Counted from the stretch's first letter, positions 19,244 to 29,586 are shown. The stretch is DNA of 64,000 bases from Silvibacterium sp. (GCA_019234945.1 JAFAKX010000110.1:9880-73879), one strand, 5' to 3'. The notes: a model not told the origin generated them from the letters alone. A program made the numbers and translations.

Positions 19244-19489
19244 TTACTGATACTGCTTGAGCTGCTCTTCGATCTGGGCAAGGGCAGCTGCCAGCGCCGC
19301 GCGCCGGACAGGACTCGATGTGCGCTCGTCCAGAATGCGTTCCCGCTGCAGCTCAAGCGCCTGGCGTCGCCGTAGTTCTCCGGCTTGCGCGGCGTCTGCC
19401 TGCTGCTTGGGGTTCAGAGCGCTTTGGCTTGCCGGCAGCTCCTGCGAAACCTGTTCCTCGACGGATTTACTTTCCCAACCTCGTGCCAT
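19244..19489 (-). CDS. Small hypothetical protein
   Basis: MARGWESKSVEEQ..., fills the gap between convergent and divergent neighbours. Confidence 0.65.
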   Translation of the reverse strand: MARGWESKSVEEQVSQELPASQSALNPKQQADAAQAGELRRRQALELQRERILDERTSSPVRRAALAAALAQIEEQLKQYQ

Positions 19490-19579
19490 ACTTCAATGTT
19501 AATGCGAAATCCGTTTCAATTCATGCGCCATTCAGCCGTAGTAAGCCGTCATAGCATCCTTTCGTAACGGAGCGTCTCA

Positions 19580-20593
19580 ATGAAAATCTGGCAGATCCCG
19601 TCTTTCGGCATTGAGAATCTGGAGCCAGTCGACCGCCCCACACCTCAGCCCGCCCCCGGACAGGTGCTGGTGAAAGTTCATGCCGTCTCATTGAATTACC
19701 GCGATCTGCTCGTCACGCTCGGCAAATACAATCCGAAGCTCGGTCTGCCGCGAATTCCATGCTCCGATGGTGCGGGCGAAATCACCGCCGTCGGCGAGGG
19801 TGTGACCCGCTGGAAGATCGGCCAGCGTGTGGCCGGCATCTTTATGCAGAACTGGATCGAGGGCCCTCCCACCGCCGTGAAGCAGCGCGGAGCGCTCGGC
19901 GGTGACATCGACGGCATGGCCGCGGAATATGTTGTGCTTGATGAGCGCGGGCTGGTCGAAATTCCCGCGCATCTGAGCTGGGAAGAGGCAGCCACATTGC
20001 CCTGCGCGGGCGTCACTGCGTGGAATGCCCTTGTTCAGACCGGCGGCATCAAGGCTGGTGACACGGTCGTCATCCAGGGCACTGGCGGTGTGTCCATCTT
20101 TGCATTGCAATTTGCGAAGCTCATGGGAGCGCGCGTGCTCGGCACGTCGTCAACCGATGAAAAGCTTCGCCGCGCGCTGGCGCTCGGCCTTGACTCCGGC
20201 GTGAATTACAGGCAGACGCCCGACTGGGCTGCGTGGGTGCTCGAACAAACCGGCGGAACAGGCGCCGACCTTGTCGTCGAAGTCGGCGGTGCGGGGACTC
20301 TCACGCAATCTCTCAGGGCGGTTCGGATTGGCGGAGCGGTGGCGCAAGTCGGCGTGCTCAGTCAGGCCACAGAGCCGTTTACCATCTTCCCTATCCTGTA
20401 CAAGCAGGTGCGTCTCAAGGGGATCTACGTCGGCTCCCGGGCCGACTTCGAGGAAATGAATCGGGCGATCGCGTTTCATTCCATGCAACCCGTTGTAGAT
20501 CATGTCTTTCCTTTCGGGGATTTCCGGAAGGCTCTGCGAACCATGGAGTCTGCCTCCCACTTTGGTAAGCTAGTGATTCGAATCCATCAGTAA
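19580..20593 (+). CDS. MDR-family (zinc-type) NAD(P)-dependent alcohol dehydrogenase
   Basis: VSLNYRD, SDGAGE, LPCAGVTAW, QGTGGVS, HFGK. Confidence 0.9.
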   Translation: MKIWQIPSFGIENLEPVDRPTPQPAPGQVLVKVHAVSLNYRDLLVTLGKYNPKLGLPRIPCSDGAGEITAVGEGVTRWKIGQRVAGIFMQNWIEGPPTAVKQRGALGGDIDGMAAEYVVLDERGLVEIPAHLSWEEAATLPCAGVTAWNALVQTGGIKAGDTVVIQGTGGVSIFALQFAKLMGARVLGTSSTDEKLRRALALGLDSGVNYRQTPDWAAWVLEQTGGTGADLVVEVGGAGTLTQSLRAVRIGGAVAQVGVLSQATEPFTIFPILYKQVRLKGIYVGSRADFEEMNRAIAFHSMQPVVDHVFPFGDFRKALRTMESASHFGKLVIRIHQ

Positions 20594-20753
20594 TCCCTCA
20601 CTCGTGGGAGCGACCTTTCTCGCAGCAGGGCATCTAATAGGCAGTGCGTAATAAGTAGTTGGTAGTAAGTAGTGCGGTTTTTGTTTCTGCCTTTGGGCCT
20701 TTGTTTTTCCTCCGAAACAAAACGGATTTGAGGGAAAGAAGGGAGTCCATGTG

Positions 20754-21032
20754 ATGAGCGTTCTTCGCGCGATTTTCCGTTTCTTCTATGAGATCTTCTT
20801 TGGTTGCAGCCACAGTCATCTGACCCGCATCTTCACGCTGCAGGATGAAACTTACCGAGTCTGCCTCGACTGTGGTGTCCATGTCCCTTACTCCCCTTCG
20901 ACCATGCGGCCATTGAGCGCGCGTGAAATGCGCCGATTTAAGGCTGCGCGGGCCAGCGAGCTTAAGGTCCTGCCTGCGGACATCTCCGGCACTTCCTTGC
21001 AGGCTGCGGAACGTAAATCAAGCGCGGCGTGA
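20754..21032 (+). CDS. Small Cys/His-containing hypothetical protein
   Basis: FFGCSH...YRVCLDCG (possible Zn ribbon). Confidence 0.65.
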   Translation: MSVLRAIFRFFYEIFFGCSHSHLTRIFTLQDETYRVCLDCGVHVPYSPSTMRPLSAREMRRFKAARASELKVLPADISGTSLQAAERKSSAA

Positions 21033-21193
21033 CCGCCTTGCGGAACTCATCGGAATTTGGTTCCGGGGCACCGTTCTGCCCACACAGCTGCAGCTAGTCC
21101 ATTTGGGCTAACCGAAACGATTTGCGCCATTTGCCCCTGGCTAGTTGCTCTCGGTTAAGCTTGCCTTTTAATCAGGACCGGCTAAGATAATCG

Positions 21194-23488
21194 GTGAGTT
21201 CGTCTCGTGTCCCCCGCCGATTTGGTATGCCGCGTCGACTGAGCCCAAACGTCGCATTGGCATCTGCATCTCTGCTGCTCTTCGCAGCAGGATGCGGAAC
21301 AAGCCAGCTTGCGGGCATGGGCGCATCCTCGGGCGCGTTTTCCATCACACCATCCTCGGCGGCGGTCAGCTCCAATGGACAGGTAAAGTTCACTGCGCTT
21401 CTGCCCTCCGGCGAAACCGCCCCCGTCCATTGGACCGTCTTCAATGGAGAAAACGCGCCTTCACTCGGTCAGGGACACATCGATGCATCCGGGGTGTACA
21501 CCCCGCCGGGAGCACTCTCTCGCAACAGCGTTCAGGTTCAGATCCAGGCACGCCTGAACAACAATCCATCCGCTGTCGCGACCACAGCCATCAACGTCAC
21601 CCCCGGATTCGTGCAGTCGCTCCTGCCGCAAAACGCCGCGCTCACTGCAGGAGCTGTGCTGGAAGCCACCGCGGAAATCGCCGAGGTCAATGCCGGTTCG
21701 GTGAAATGGACGCTCAGCCCGTCTGCTTCCGGCGTCCCCGCTGCTGATAACGCAGCGAACCTCGGCACGATCGATCACGCGAGTTGCCAGCGTAGTCTCG
21801 ATCAGTTCACCACCTGCAGGATCAGCTACACGGCGCCGGCTCTCATTCCTGCAGCGGGCGTCGTTTATCTCACGGCCTCCGTCAACGGAACCTCCGTGAC
21901 CACGCCGATGAAGATTCTCCTCAACAATGACGGGCTCAACAGCAGTCCCTCAACCAATCAGGCTCAGCAGGGCGGAGCCATCTCGCTCGGCTCATCCGGT
22001 GGAAACGACAATGACTACGACACCTATGTCGACCGCGCTGGAAATCCCTACATCGCCGACTGCTGCGGCGGAACGCTGGGTGCGCTCGTCGAAGATACGG
22101 CCCACAATCAGTACATCCTCAGCAACAATCACGTCCTGGCCGAGTCCGACCAGGCGTTGATCGGCGACACCATTGACCAGCCCGGCCTGATCGACAACGG
22201 TTGCGTGCCTTCGAGCCACGCGGGCTCGATGCTTCGTCCCGTAGGCGCCCTGAAGTACTTCGTTCCCCTCGCCAGTTCGAGTACGAACGTCGACGCCGCG
22301 CTTGCCGCCGTCACAACAGGCGCAGTAGACCACACGGGCAGCATTCTGCAGCTCGACGCCCCAAAGGCGAACACCTCTGCTCCGCTCGGCTCTGCCCCTC
22401 CCATGGCCGGCACCGGAGAACCACTGACGGCGTCCAATCTCCCCAATATCGAACTGGCCAAGAGCAGTCGAACCACCGGCCTCACCTGTTCGACCGTTGA
22501 GACCGTCGACCTTACTGTCCGCATCGACTACTTCAAAGATTGCGCCGAAACGCAGCGCTACTACTCCAAGACCTACACAGGTCAGATCGGCATCGCAGGA
22601 GACAGGTTCTCCGACGCCGGCGATTCCGGCGCGCTCGTCGTCGACGCCGCAAACGCGCAGCCGGTCGGCCTCTTCTTCGCTGGAGGCACCAATGGCGACG
22701 GTATCGGTCTGAGCGTCGCCAACCCCATCGGCGATGTCCTGCGGGAGCTGGGGGACCATGCGGGCAGCCGCTTCAGCATCGTAGGTACAACGGCTCCCCA
22801 TAAAGTCGCCTGCATCCGCTACGACGAGCCCTCCCAGTCCACGCCTCCCGTGCTGCCGGTTTCACCAGCCGAAATGGACCGCGCGCAGTTCGTTGCCGAA
22901 ACCACTGGCGCCTCCCTCGTAAATGCCGAAACCGGCATTCTCGCTGTCGCGCCGGGTAAGAGCCTCGATAATTCCGGTGAAGCTGCTTTGATCGTCTACA
23001 CCGACAGATCGAAGGCGCATGTGAGCGTCCCATCTGTCTTCGATGGCCTCCGTACGCAGGTCATTCCAACGGACGCCGCATCGCTCGCACGCAGCGCGGC
23101 TCCGGCAGCGCCTCCCGCTACGAGCGGCATCCACCTATCGGACTCCACATTAGCCGCTGCCCAGGCCGCTGTGCGCCTGTACTCGGCGCGCCTCATGTCT
23201 GACCCTGCCATCTTCGGCGTCGGCATCACCCAGAGCCATGACAGCCTGTCCGACGCCGCATTGCTGGTCCTCGTGGATATAAATCGCGATCCACACGCGA
23301 TGCCCGCCACGCTCGGCGGCTTTCGCGTGCGTTACATGCGGCTGCATCGCTTCCATGTGACACAGTCAAAGTATGCGGGCACACACCCTGTCTCAAGCTG
23401 CGCGCTCAAAGGGCTCACCCCGGCCGGCAGCACCCGGCCGGCGGTCAACGATCCGGGCGATGATGCGCCCATGGAACCGGTGAATTAA
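21194..23488 (+). CDS. Lipoprotein with Ig-like domains and a trypsin-like (S1/Nal1-like) serine protease
   Basis: Lipobox AAGC; triad motifs LSNNHV, VDAAL, AGDSGAL. Confidence 0.75.
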   Translation: MSSSRVPRRFGMPRRLSPNVALASASLLLFAAGCGTSQLAGMGASSGAFSITPSSAAVSSNGQVKFTALLPSGETAPVHWTVFNGENAPSLGQGHIDASGVYTPPGALSRNSVQVQIQARLNNNPSAVATTAINVTPGFVQSLLPQNAALTAGAVLEATAEIAEVNAGSVKWTLSPSASGVPAADNAANLGTIDHASCQRSLDQFTTCRISYTAPALIPAAGVVYLTASVNGTSVTTPMKILLNNDGLNSSPSTNQAQQGGAISLGSSGGNDNDYDTYVDRAGNPYIADCCGGTLGALVEDTAHNQYILSNNHVLAESDQALIGDTIDQPGLIDNGCVPSSHAGSMLRPVGALKYFVPLASSSTNVDAALAAVTTGAVDHTGSILQLDAPKANTSAPLGSAPPMAGTGEPLTASNLPNIELAKSSRTTGLTCSTVETVDLTVRIDYFKDCAETQRYYSKTYTGQIGIAGDRFSDAGDSGALVVDAANAQPVGLFFAGGTNGDGIGLSVANPIGDVLRELGDHAGSRFSIVGTTAPHKVACIRYDEPSQSTPPVLPVSPAEMDRAQFVAETTGASLVNAETGILAVAPGKSLDNSGEAALIVYTDRSKAHVSVPSVFDGLRTQVIPTDAASLARSAAPAAPPATSGIHLSDSTLAAAQAAVRLYSARLMSDPAIFGVGITQSHDSLSDAALLVLVDINRDPHAMPATLGGFRVRYMRLHRFHVTQSKYAGTHPVSSCALKGLTPAGSTRPAVNDPGDDAPMEPVN

Positions 23489-23492
23489 CGAA

Positions 23493-25388
23493 TCAGGTAG
23501 CTGCCTCAACGCTCGTCAACGTGGCCTGCTCCGGGATTTGTTTCTCAGGGATGTCACTCTCCGGCGCATTGCTCTTATCCGTCCTCTGCGGGAAAACCAC
23601 GCTGAACACCGTTCCCCCTCCTCGGTGATCATCGCGGAGACGGCTCCGCACCCTGATCGTTCCTTTGTGTTTGCTTATGATCTCCGCACTCACCCATAGC
23701 CCAAGCCCGGTCCCGACCGCTACCTTCGTCGTGAAAAACGGCTCGAAGATGCGCTGCAGTACGCCGCGGCTCATTCCCGACCCGGTATCGGCCACTGTCA
23801 CGCGCACGCCTCCGTTGGCCGCATGGCGCATCCGCAGCATCAGGCGCCCGCCTCCCGGAGTCATTGCATCCAGTGCGTTCCCGATCAGGTTCGCGAACAG
23901 CTGCCGCAATTCCCCCGCGAAGCAGAGCAGCCTCACATCCGGCTCGTAGCGGCGCACCACCTCCACATGCAATGCGGTCACGCGCCCGCGATACAGCGTC
24001 AGAACAGAATCCAGCAGATCGCCCACATTCGCCAGGCTCGGCACTGTCGGTTGCCGGTAAAATCGAAGCATCTGCTGCGTAATCTCTGAAACCCGCGCCA
24101 GCTCGTGCTGTGCGAGATTGGCATACTCCGCTGACGTAGGGTCGAGTGGCCGCTGCCGCATTAGGTACAGCAGGTTCGTAATCGACTCGAGCGGGTTGTT
24201 GATTTCGTGCGCGATCGTTGCCGCCAGCCTGCCCGTCGCCGCAAGCTTTTCTGTCTTGCGTAGCGCAGCTTCCGTCCTCCGCCGCTCCGAGGTATCCACC
24301 AGAATCACCCCAACCCAACGCACCACATCAGCCTCGGTGCGAACCGGGTAGACATTCGCCAGCCAGCTCCGCATCTGCGAAGCGTCATCGTCGGGGCCGC
24401 TCGTCAACTCCCGATCCTGGACCGGCTGACCCTGCTCGAACACCTTTCCTATGCTCTCTTCGAGGGCTGTCCCCATCCTTCCCCTGAAGATCTCGCCTAC
24501 TGTGCGTCCCAGGTGCCGGTTTACAGGCAGGCCATTCAGTGCCGCCATGAACTGGTTCACCCGGACAAACCGCAGTCGCCGGTCGAAAAATGCAAATCCG
24601 ATTGGCGCATTGGCCAGCATCGAGTCGAGCAGTGCCAGCGCGTCACTCAAGCCCGTGCGCTGTTCGTGAATCGATGCGACCATCAGGTTGAACGCCACCG
24701 TCAGGTCGGCTGCCTCGTTCGTGGAGCTGACAGTCAGCGGGAACGAAGAAGTGTCTTCGGGATTGCGAATGAGCCTTCGCGTTGCCTGCATCAGCAGGGC
24801 CAGTGGCCGCGTGATTGACCGGGCCATGAGGCTCGCGATGATCGTGCATCCCGCTATTCCGAAAAGCGCCGCAAGAAGTGTGTAGCGCAGAAGTCTGCGC
24901 AATTGTGCTCGGTCCGGCGACTCGTCTGGATAAATCCACACATATCCCCGGGTCAGCCCGTCTACGCGCACCGGAGCAACGGCTTCCCTAGTCTTCTCGT
25001 CCAGCGAAAATATCGTGGCCTTGGTGAGCTCGTGCAGATACTGTCGCTCCACAGTAGAAAGCGCCAGCTTGCCCGTCATTCCCGGGTCGCTGCTCACCAG
25101 CGTCCGGCCCTGAGTATCAGTGATCTGCACCGCCCGTATGCCGGGAGCGTCGCGGAGAGTATTCACCACGCCCTGCAGCGATTCAAGCTCTCCGGCCTTC
25201 ATCGCCCCGCTCATTTCGGCCGCAAGCGCTCTGGCCTGGAACTCCAGTCTTTGCTCGGTGCGCGAGCGCAGCTCAACCTTTTGTTCACGGATCAGCACCG
25301 CCGAAAGAACGGCCAGCACGACCACTTCGAACACAATCAGGCCGGCCATTAATTGGCCACGAATTGTGCGTGGTCTTAAAATCCACAT
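23493..25388 (-). CDS. HAMP-PAS sensor histidine kinase
   Basis: Two TMs; AHEINNPL, NLIGNALDA, DTGSGM, FFTTK, GTGLGL. Confidence 0.93.
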   Translation of the reverse strand: MWILRPRTIRGQLMAGLIVFEVVVLAVLSAVLIREQKVELRSRTEQRLEFQARALAAEMSGAMKAGELESLQGVVNTLRDAPGIRAVQITDTQGRTLVSSDPGMTGKLALSTVERQYLHELTKATIFSLDEKTREAVAPVRVDGLTRGYVWIYPDESPDRAQLRRLLRYTLLAALFGIAGCTIIASLMARSITRPLALLMQATRRLIRNPEDTSSFPLTVSSTNEAADLTVAFNLMVASIHEQRTGLSDALALLDSMLANAPIGFAFFDRRLRFVRVNQFMAALNGLPVNRHLGRTVGEIFRGRMGTALEESIGKVFEQGQPVQDRELTSGPDDDASQMRSWLANVYPVRTEADVVRWVGVILVDTSERRRTEAALRKTEKLAATGRLAATIAHEINNPLESITNLLYLMRQRPLDPTSAEYANLAQHELARVSEITQQMLRFYRQPTVPSLANVGDLLDSVLTLYRGRVTALHVEVVRRYEPDVRLLCFAGELRQLFANLIGNALDAMTPGGGRLMLRMRHAANGGVRVTVADTGSGMSRGVLQRIFEPFFTTKVAVGTGLGLWVSAEIISKHKGTIRVRSRLRDDHRGGGTVFSVVFPQRTDKSNAPESDIPEKQIPEQATLTSVEAAT

Positions 25389-25401
25389 TGTATTTTGTCG
25401 T

Positions 25402-26466
25402 TTACTTGTTGCTCGAACTCGTAGTCAGCGCGACGGCGTCGATCAAATTTTCCGCCGAAGCCCTGCGCCCCAGTTTCTTTTCCAGGCCCGCGGCAATCTG
25501 CCGCCCATGGAACCGCCCGTTCTCGATGAAAATCTCGTTCGTGCGTGACCCTGCAACAATCACCCCCGCCAGGTAAACGCCCGGCACGTTGCTCTCGAGG
25601 CAATCCGGATCGCACAGCGGCTGCATGTCCTTGCCGTCGAGCTGCACACCGAGCGCGCGCAGAAACTCGAAGTCCGGATGGTATCCCGTCATCGCGAACA
25701 CATAGTCATTCGCGAACTCCCTGGTGCCCTCCGGCGTTTTGATTCGTATGCCGTCTGTCATGATCTCCGTGACATGGCTTGAGAAATAGGCTGTGATCTC
25801 CCCGTTCTTGATACGGTTCTGGATATCCGGCAGGATCCAGTACTTCACATGCCTGTGCATCGACGGTTCGCGGTGCACCAGTGTCACCCGTGCCCCATGT
25901 CGCCACAACTCGAGCGCCGCGATTGCCGCCGAGTTCTTTCCGCCGATCACGACCACATCCAGATCGTAATAGGGGTGCGGGTCGTCGTAGTAGTGGCTAA
26001 CCTTGGGAAGGTCTTCGCCGGGGATTCGCAGATAATTCGGCAGGTCATAATAGCCCGTCGCCACGATCAGCTTGCGCGATCGGAATGTCTCCTCGCGCCC
26101 GAACCTGTCCTGGGTCAGAACGCTGAAATCGCCATCATGGCCCGTCACCGTTTTGACCAGCCGGTATTGGCGCACATCCAGCTCATAGAACTCCGCCACC
26201 TTGCGATAGTACTCGAGCGCCTCATTGCGGTTCGGTTTCTGGTTCGGGCTGGGAAAGGGAATGTCACCGATCTCCAGCAGCTCCGGCGTCGTAAAGAACG
26301 TCATGTGCGACGGATAGTGGTAAATCGAGTTGCACAGGCATCCCTTGTCCACCAGCACGCTGCTGAAACCCGAGCGCTGCGCCTCGATCGCGCATGCCAT
26401 TCCCGTTGGTCCCGCGCCGATGACCAGCACGTCAAAAATCGGCGCTTCGTTCTCGTCCTGGCTCAT
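25402..26466 (-). CDS. ypdA: YpdA-family putative bacillithiol disulfide reductase
   Basis: GAGPTG, YPSHMTFFTT, GGKNSA, IFIENGRFHG. Confidence 0.88.
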   Translation of the reverse strand: MSQDENEAPIFDVLVIGAGPTGMACAIEAQRSGFSSVLVDKGCLCNSIYHYPSHMTFFTTPELLEIGDIPFPSPNQKPNRNEALEYYRKVAEFYELDVRQYRLVKTVTGHDGDFSVLTQDRFGREETFRSRKLIVATGYYDLPNYLRIPGEDLPKVSHYYDDPHPYYDLDVVVIGGKNSAAIAALELWRHGARVTLVHREPSMHRHVKYWILPDIQNRIKNGEITAYFSSHVTEIMTDGIRIKTPEGTREFANDYVFAMTGYHPDFEFLRALGVQLDGKDMQPLCDPDCLESNVPGVYLAGVIVAGSRTNEIFIENGRFHGRQIAAGLEKKLGRRASAENLIDAVALTTSSSNK

Positions 26467-26546
26467 GCTACTAGCTTAGTCGATATTGGAACCAGTGTTC
26501 CGGCCGGCATCCCTCATCTCCAAAAGCGTGCAAAAAACTCGGGGAT

Positions 26547-27269
26547 TCAAAATCCAAGCTGCGGATTCTCCGGCTCATCGCTCATCGGGTTGCCCAGATC
26601 AGGATCGTTGTTCTTCACATTGTTGATCCGCTCGTCGGCGCGCCACGCTTTCATCAGATCAGAGTCCAACGGCCGCAACAGATCAACGGGCGGCCGCTCC
26701 GGCGCACCCGGTTCAAGCCATCGCTGCCAGTCTCGCCTTGCGACAATCAGGGGCATTCGGTCGTGACCTGTCGTCTCGACGACCAGTTCATTGGGGTCCA
26801 CGGTGATGACGGCGAATGTATCCATATCATGCTTCCTGTCAGGAGAACGCCAGCGCCGCCACACCCCGCCAAGCGCGAACGGAGAATCATCTTTCATCCC
26901 AAAGATAAAGGGCAACCGCCGCTTTCCCTCTTTGCGCCACTCGATGAACGTGTCTACGGGAACGAGGCAGCGCCTTCTGAGAAACGAATCCTGCCACATC
27001 TGGTTGCTGAGCAGTGCTTCGCTCTTCGCGTTGATCGTGCTCAGCTTGAACTTCTTTGGGTCGGTGACGAAACGAGGAAGAAAGCGCCAGAACATCATCT
27101 GCAGCGTCCGTGTGCCTTCGTGCTCATCCCATATGATGACTGGCTGTATCGTTTGCGGAGCGACGTTGTAGTCGGGCGTCAGCTCCAGCGCCAGCCCGTC
27201 CACGTTGCCCAGCGCGAACGCCTCCGCAATCCGCTGCTTGTCCGATCGCCGCTGATATCGCCCGCACAC
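26547..27269 (-). CDS. SRAP/HMCES abasic-site processing protein
   Basis: N-terminal CGRY, YNVAP, INAKSE, RRCLVP..F.EW, HDRMP. Confidence 0.92.
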   Translation of the reverse strand: MCGRYQRRSDKQRIAEAFALGNVDGLALELTPDYNVAPQTIQPVIIWDEHEGTRTLQMMFWRFLPRFVTDPKKFKLSTINAKSEALLSNQMWQDSFLRRRCLVPVDTFIEWRKEGKRRLPFIFGMKDDSPFALGGVWRRWRSPDRKHDMDTFAVITVDPNELVVETTGHDRMPLIVARRDWQRWLEPGAPERPPVDLLRPLDSDLMKAWRADERINNVKNNDPDLGNPMSDEPENPQLGF

Positions 27270-27361
27270 ACCTCAAGCCTACCGGATAGGCGAACGACGC
27301 CTTCGCCGACTCAACCTGCGCTGTCCCGCTCTGTTCAGTTAACCTGAATGAGGAGACATAC

Positions 27362-28897
27362 ATGGCGACCATCCGTCAGGAGGACCTGATCGCGAGCGTA
27401 GCAGACGCTCTGCAGTACATCAGCTATTACCACCCCGTCGATTACATCAAAAATCTCGCCCGCGCTTACGAACTCGAAGAATCGCCGGCGGCCAGGGACG
27501 CAATGGCGCAGATTCTCATCAACTCCCGCATGTGCGCCGAGGGCCACCGCCCTATCTGCCAGGACACCGGCATCGTCACCGTCTTTCTAAAAATCGGCAT
27601 GGACGTGCGTTGGGATGCTGATCTCACCCCCCGCCTGACTGTCGACGAGATGGTCAACGAGGGCGTTCGCCGCGCCTATCTGCACCCTGATAACAAGCTG
27701 CGTGCCTCCATCCTCGCCGATCCCGCCTTCACGCGCCGCAATACCCGCGACAACACGCCCGCCGTAATCAGCATCGAGCTCGTGCGCGGCGAAAACGTAG
27801 AAGTCACGCTTGCCGCCAAAGGCGGAGGCTCCGAGGCCAAATCCAAATTCGCCATGCTCAATCCCTCCGACTCCATCGTCGACTGGGTGCTCAAGACGGT
27901 TCCCACCATGGGCGCCGGATGGTGCCCGCCCGGCATGCTCGGCATCGGCATCGGCGGCACAGCGGAAAAAGCCATGCTCATGGCCAAAGAATCTCTCATG
28001 GAGCCGATCGATATCCAGGAAGTCATCGCACGCGGCCCCGCGAACAAGATCGAGGAGATGCGCGTCGAGCTTTACAGGAGAATCAATCAGCTCGGCATCG
28101 GTGCGCAGGGCCTGGGCGGCCTCACGACAGTCCTCGATGTGAAGATTCGCGACTACCAAACGCACGCGGCCAATCTGCCCATCGCCATGATTCCCAATTG
28201 CGCCGCCACGCGTCACGCGCATTTTGTGCTCGACGGCTCAGGTCCCGCGGTTCTGGAGCCGCCTTCGCTCGATGACTGGCCATCGCTGACCTACGACGTA
28301 TCCACTGCCCGCCGCGTCAATCTCGATACTGTCACCCGCGACGAAGTTGGCACCTGGAAGCCGGGCGAAGTCCTGCTGCTGAACGGTAAGCTGCTCACAG
28401 GCCGCGACGCTGCGCACAAGCGCATGAGTGACATGCTCAATCGCGGTGAAGCTTTGCCCGTCGACTTCACAGGCCGTTTCATCTACTACGTAGGGCCGGT
28501 TGACCCGGTGAGGGATGAAGTCGTCGGGCCCGCCGGCCCAACCACCGCCACGCGTATGGACTCCTTCACTCGCCAGATGCTCGCTAAGACGAATCTGCTC
28601 GGGATGATTGGCAAGGCTGAGCGCGGTCCGACCGCCATCGAGGCCATCCGCGATCATGGCGCCGTCTACCTCATGGCTGTCGGCGGAGCGGCATATCTTG
28701 TCTCGAAGGCCATCAAGGCGTCGCGTGTCGTTGCCTTCGAAGATCTCGGAATGGAAGCCATCTACGAGTTCGAAGTGGTCGACATGCCGGTCACGGTAGC
28801 CGTCAGCGCAGACGGTATCTCCGTGCACCAGACCGGCCCGCAAGAGTGGCAGGCGAAAATCCAGTCCCGCCTCGCCGGCGTCCCGATTCTCGCCTGA
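27362..28897 (+). CDS. fumA: Class I (Fe-S) fumarate hydratase
   Basis: RPICQDTG, KGGGSE, GWCPPG, GRDAAH, GPTTATRM. Confidence 0.93.
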   Translation: MATIRQEDLIASVADALQYISYYHPVDYIKNLARAYELEESPAARDAMAQILINSRMCAEGHRPICQDTGIVTVFLKIGMDVRWDADLTPRLTVDEMVNEGVRRAYLHPDNKLRASILADPAFTRRNTRDNTPAVISIELVRGENVEVTLAAKGGGSEAKSKFAMLNPSDSIVDWVLKTVPTMGAGWCPPGMLGIGIGGTAEKAMLMAKESLMEPIDIQEVIARGPANKIEEMRVELYRRINQLGIGAQGLGGLTTVLDVKIRDYQTHAANLPIAMIPNCAATRHAHFVLDGSGPAVLEPPSLDDWPSLTYDVSTARRVNLDTVTRDEVGTWKPGEVLLLNGKLLTGRDAAHKRMSDMLNRGEALPVDFTGRFIYYVGPVDPVRDEVVGPAGPTTATRMDSFTRQMLAKTNLLGMIGKAERGPTAIEAIRDHGAVYLMAVGGAAYLVSKAIKASRVVAFEDLGMEAIYEFEVVDMPVTVAVSADGISVHQTGPQEWQAKIQSRLAGVPILA

Positions 28898-28986
28898 GTC
28901 GCAGGTCCCTGAGTTGCGGCTCCCTGGGTTGCGGGTGCCTGGGTTGCGCGTCGTTGATGCTTGCGTCGTTTGCGTCTTTGCGGCGC
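28893..28986. repeat. Degenerate 15-bp tandem repeats
   Basis: CCTG(A/G)GT(C/T)GC(G/A)G-N3 x ~4, then GCGTC(G/T)TT x3. Confidence 0.75.
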
Positions 28987-29008
28987 ATGACTCTACTCAC
29001 AGTGTCGT

Positions 29009-29263
29009 TCAGCGGTAGGCTTCGCGGCGATGCTTGACGGCAGTGATGTAGAGGGTATCGCCGTTGTCGTGGAAGCGGACTCGGTAGTCGCCGACGCGGA
29101 GCCGGAACTCGGGTGGTTCAATGTCCTGGAGGCGCTTTACGTCGCCCTCTCCGGTAGCGGCGAAGTGAGCCAAGGCATGAAGAATACGCAGCGCCGTAGG
29201 CTGGTCGATGGCGCGAAGCTGTGCCTTGGCCTGCTCTCTCCAGCCGATCTTCCTGCGGCCCAT
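29009..29263 (-). CDS. RelE/ParE-family toxin
   Basis: GDVKRLQ..EFRLRVGDYRV..HRREAYR. Confidence 0.88.
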   Translation of the reverse strand: MGRRKIGWREQAKAQLRAIDQPTALRILHALAHFAATGEGDVKRLQDIEPPEFRLRVGDYRVRFHDNGDTLYITAVKHRREAYR

Positions 29264-29265
29264 GC

Positions 29266-29586
29266 TTACTGTCTGGGATGGTGCGGCTCGGGCTTGAGAG
29301 GCGTGCGGCCCATCCGCTCGAAATCCTCCGGCGATACGCCGAACTCGCTCAGAACTTCCTCGTGAGAAACAACTTCTCCGCGTTCGTAGGCAGCGCGCGC
29401 TTCGGCGACATCGCGCGCCTCTTCTGCGCTGACCGGTTCGTCGTCTGTGGGAGCGTTGGCCAGGGAGACAGAAACGGGATCAAGCATCGCTTCGAGCAGA
29501 CCAACCACGGCAGAAACCTGGGCCACTGACATGCGCTCGATGAGTTCATGGGCCTGCTTCTTCGGGTTTGTTGCCGTGGTTGCCAT
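29266..29586 (-). CDS. Putative antitoxin of the RelE module
   Basis: Immediately upstream of toxin; DDEPVSAEE...GEVVSHEEV. Confidence 0.75.
   Translation of the reverse strand: MATTATNPKKQAHELIERMSVAQVSAVVGLLEAMLDPVSVSLANAPTDDEPVSAEEARDVAEARAAYERGEVVSHEEVLSEFGVSPEDFERMGRTPLKPEPHHPRQ

Noticed and set aside
28893-28990. Possible CRISPR array (also 41035-41092 and 43664-43833)
   Set aside because: Units are 7-15 bp, contiguous and lack unique spacers; no cas genes.
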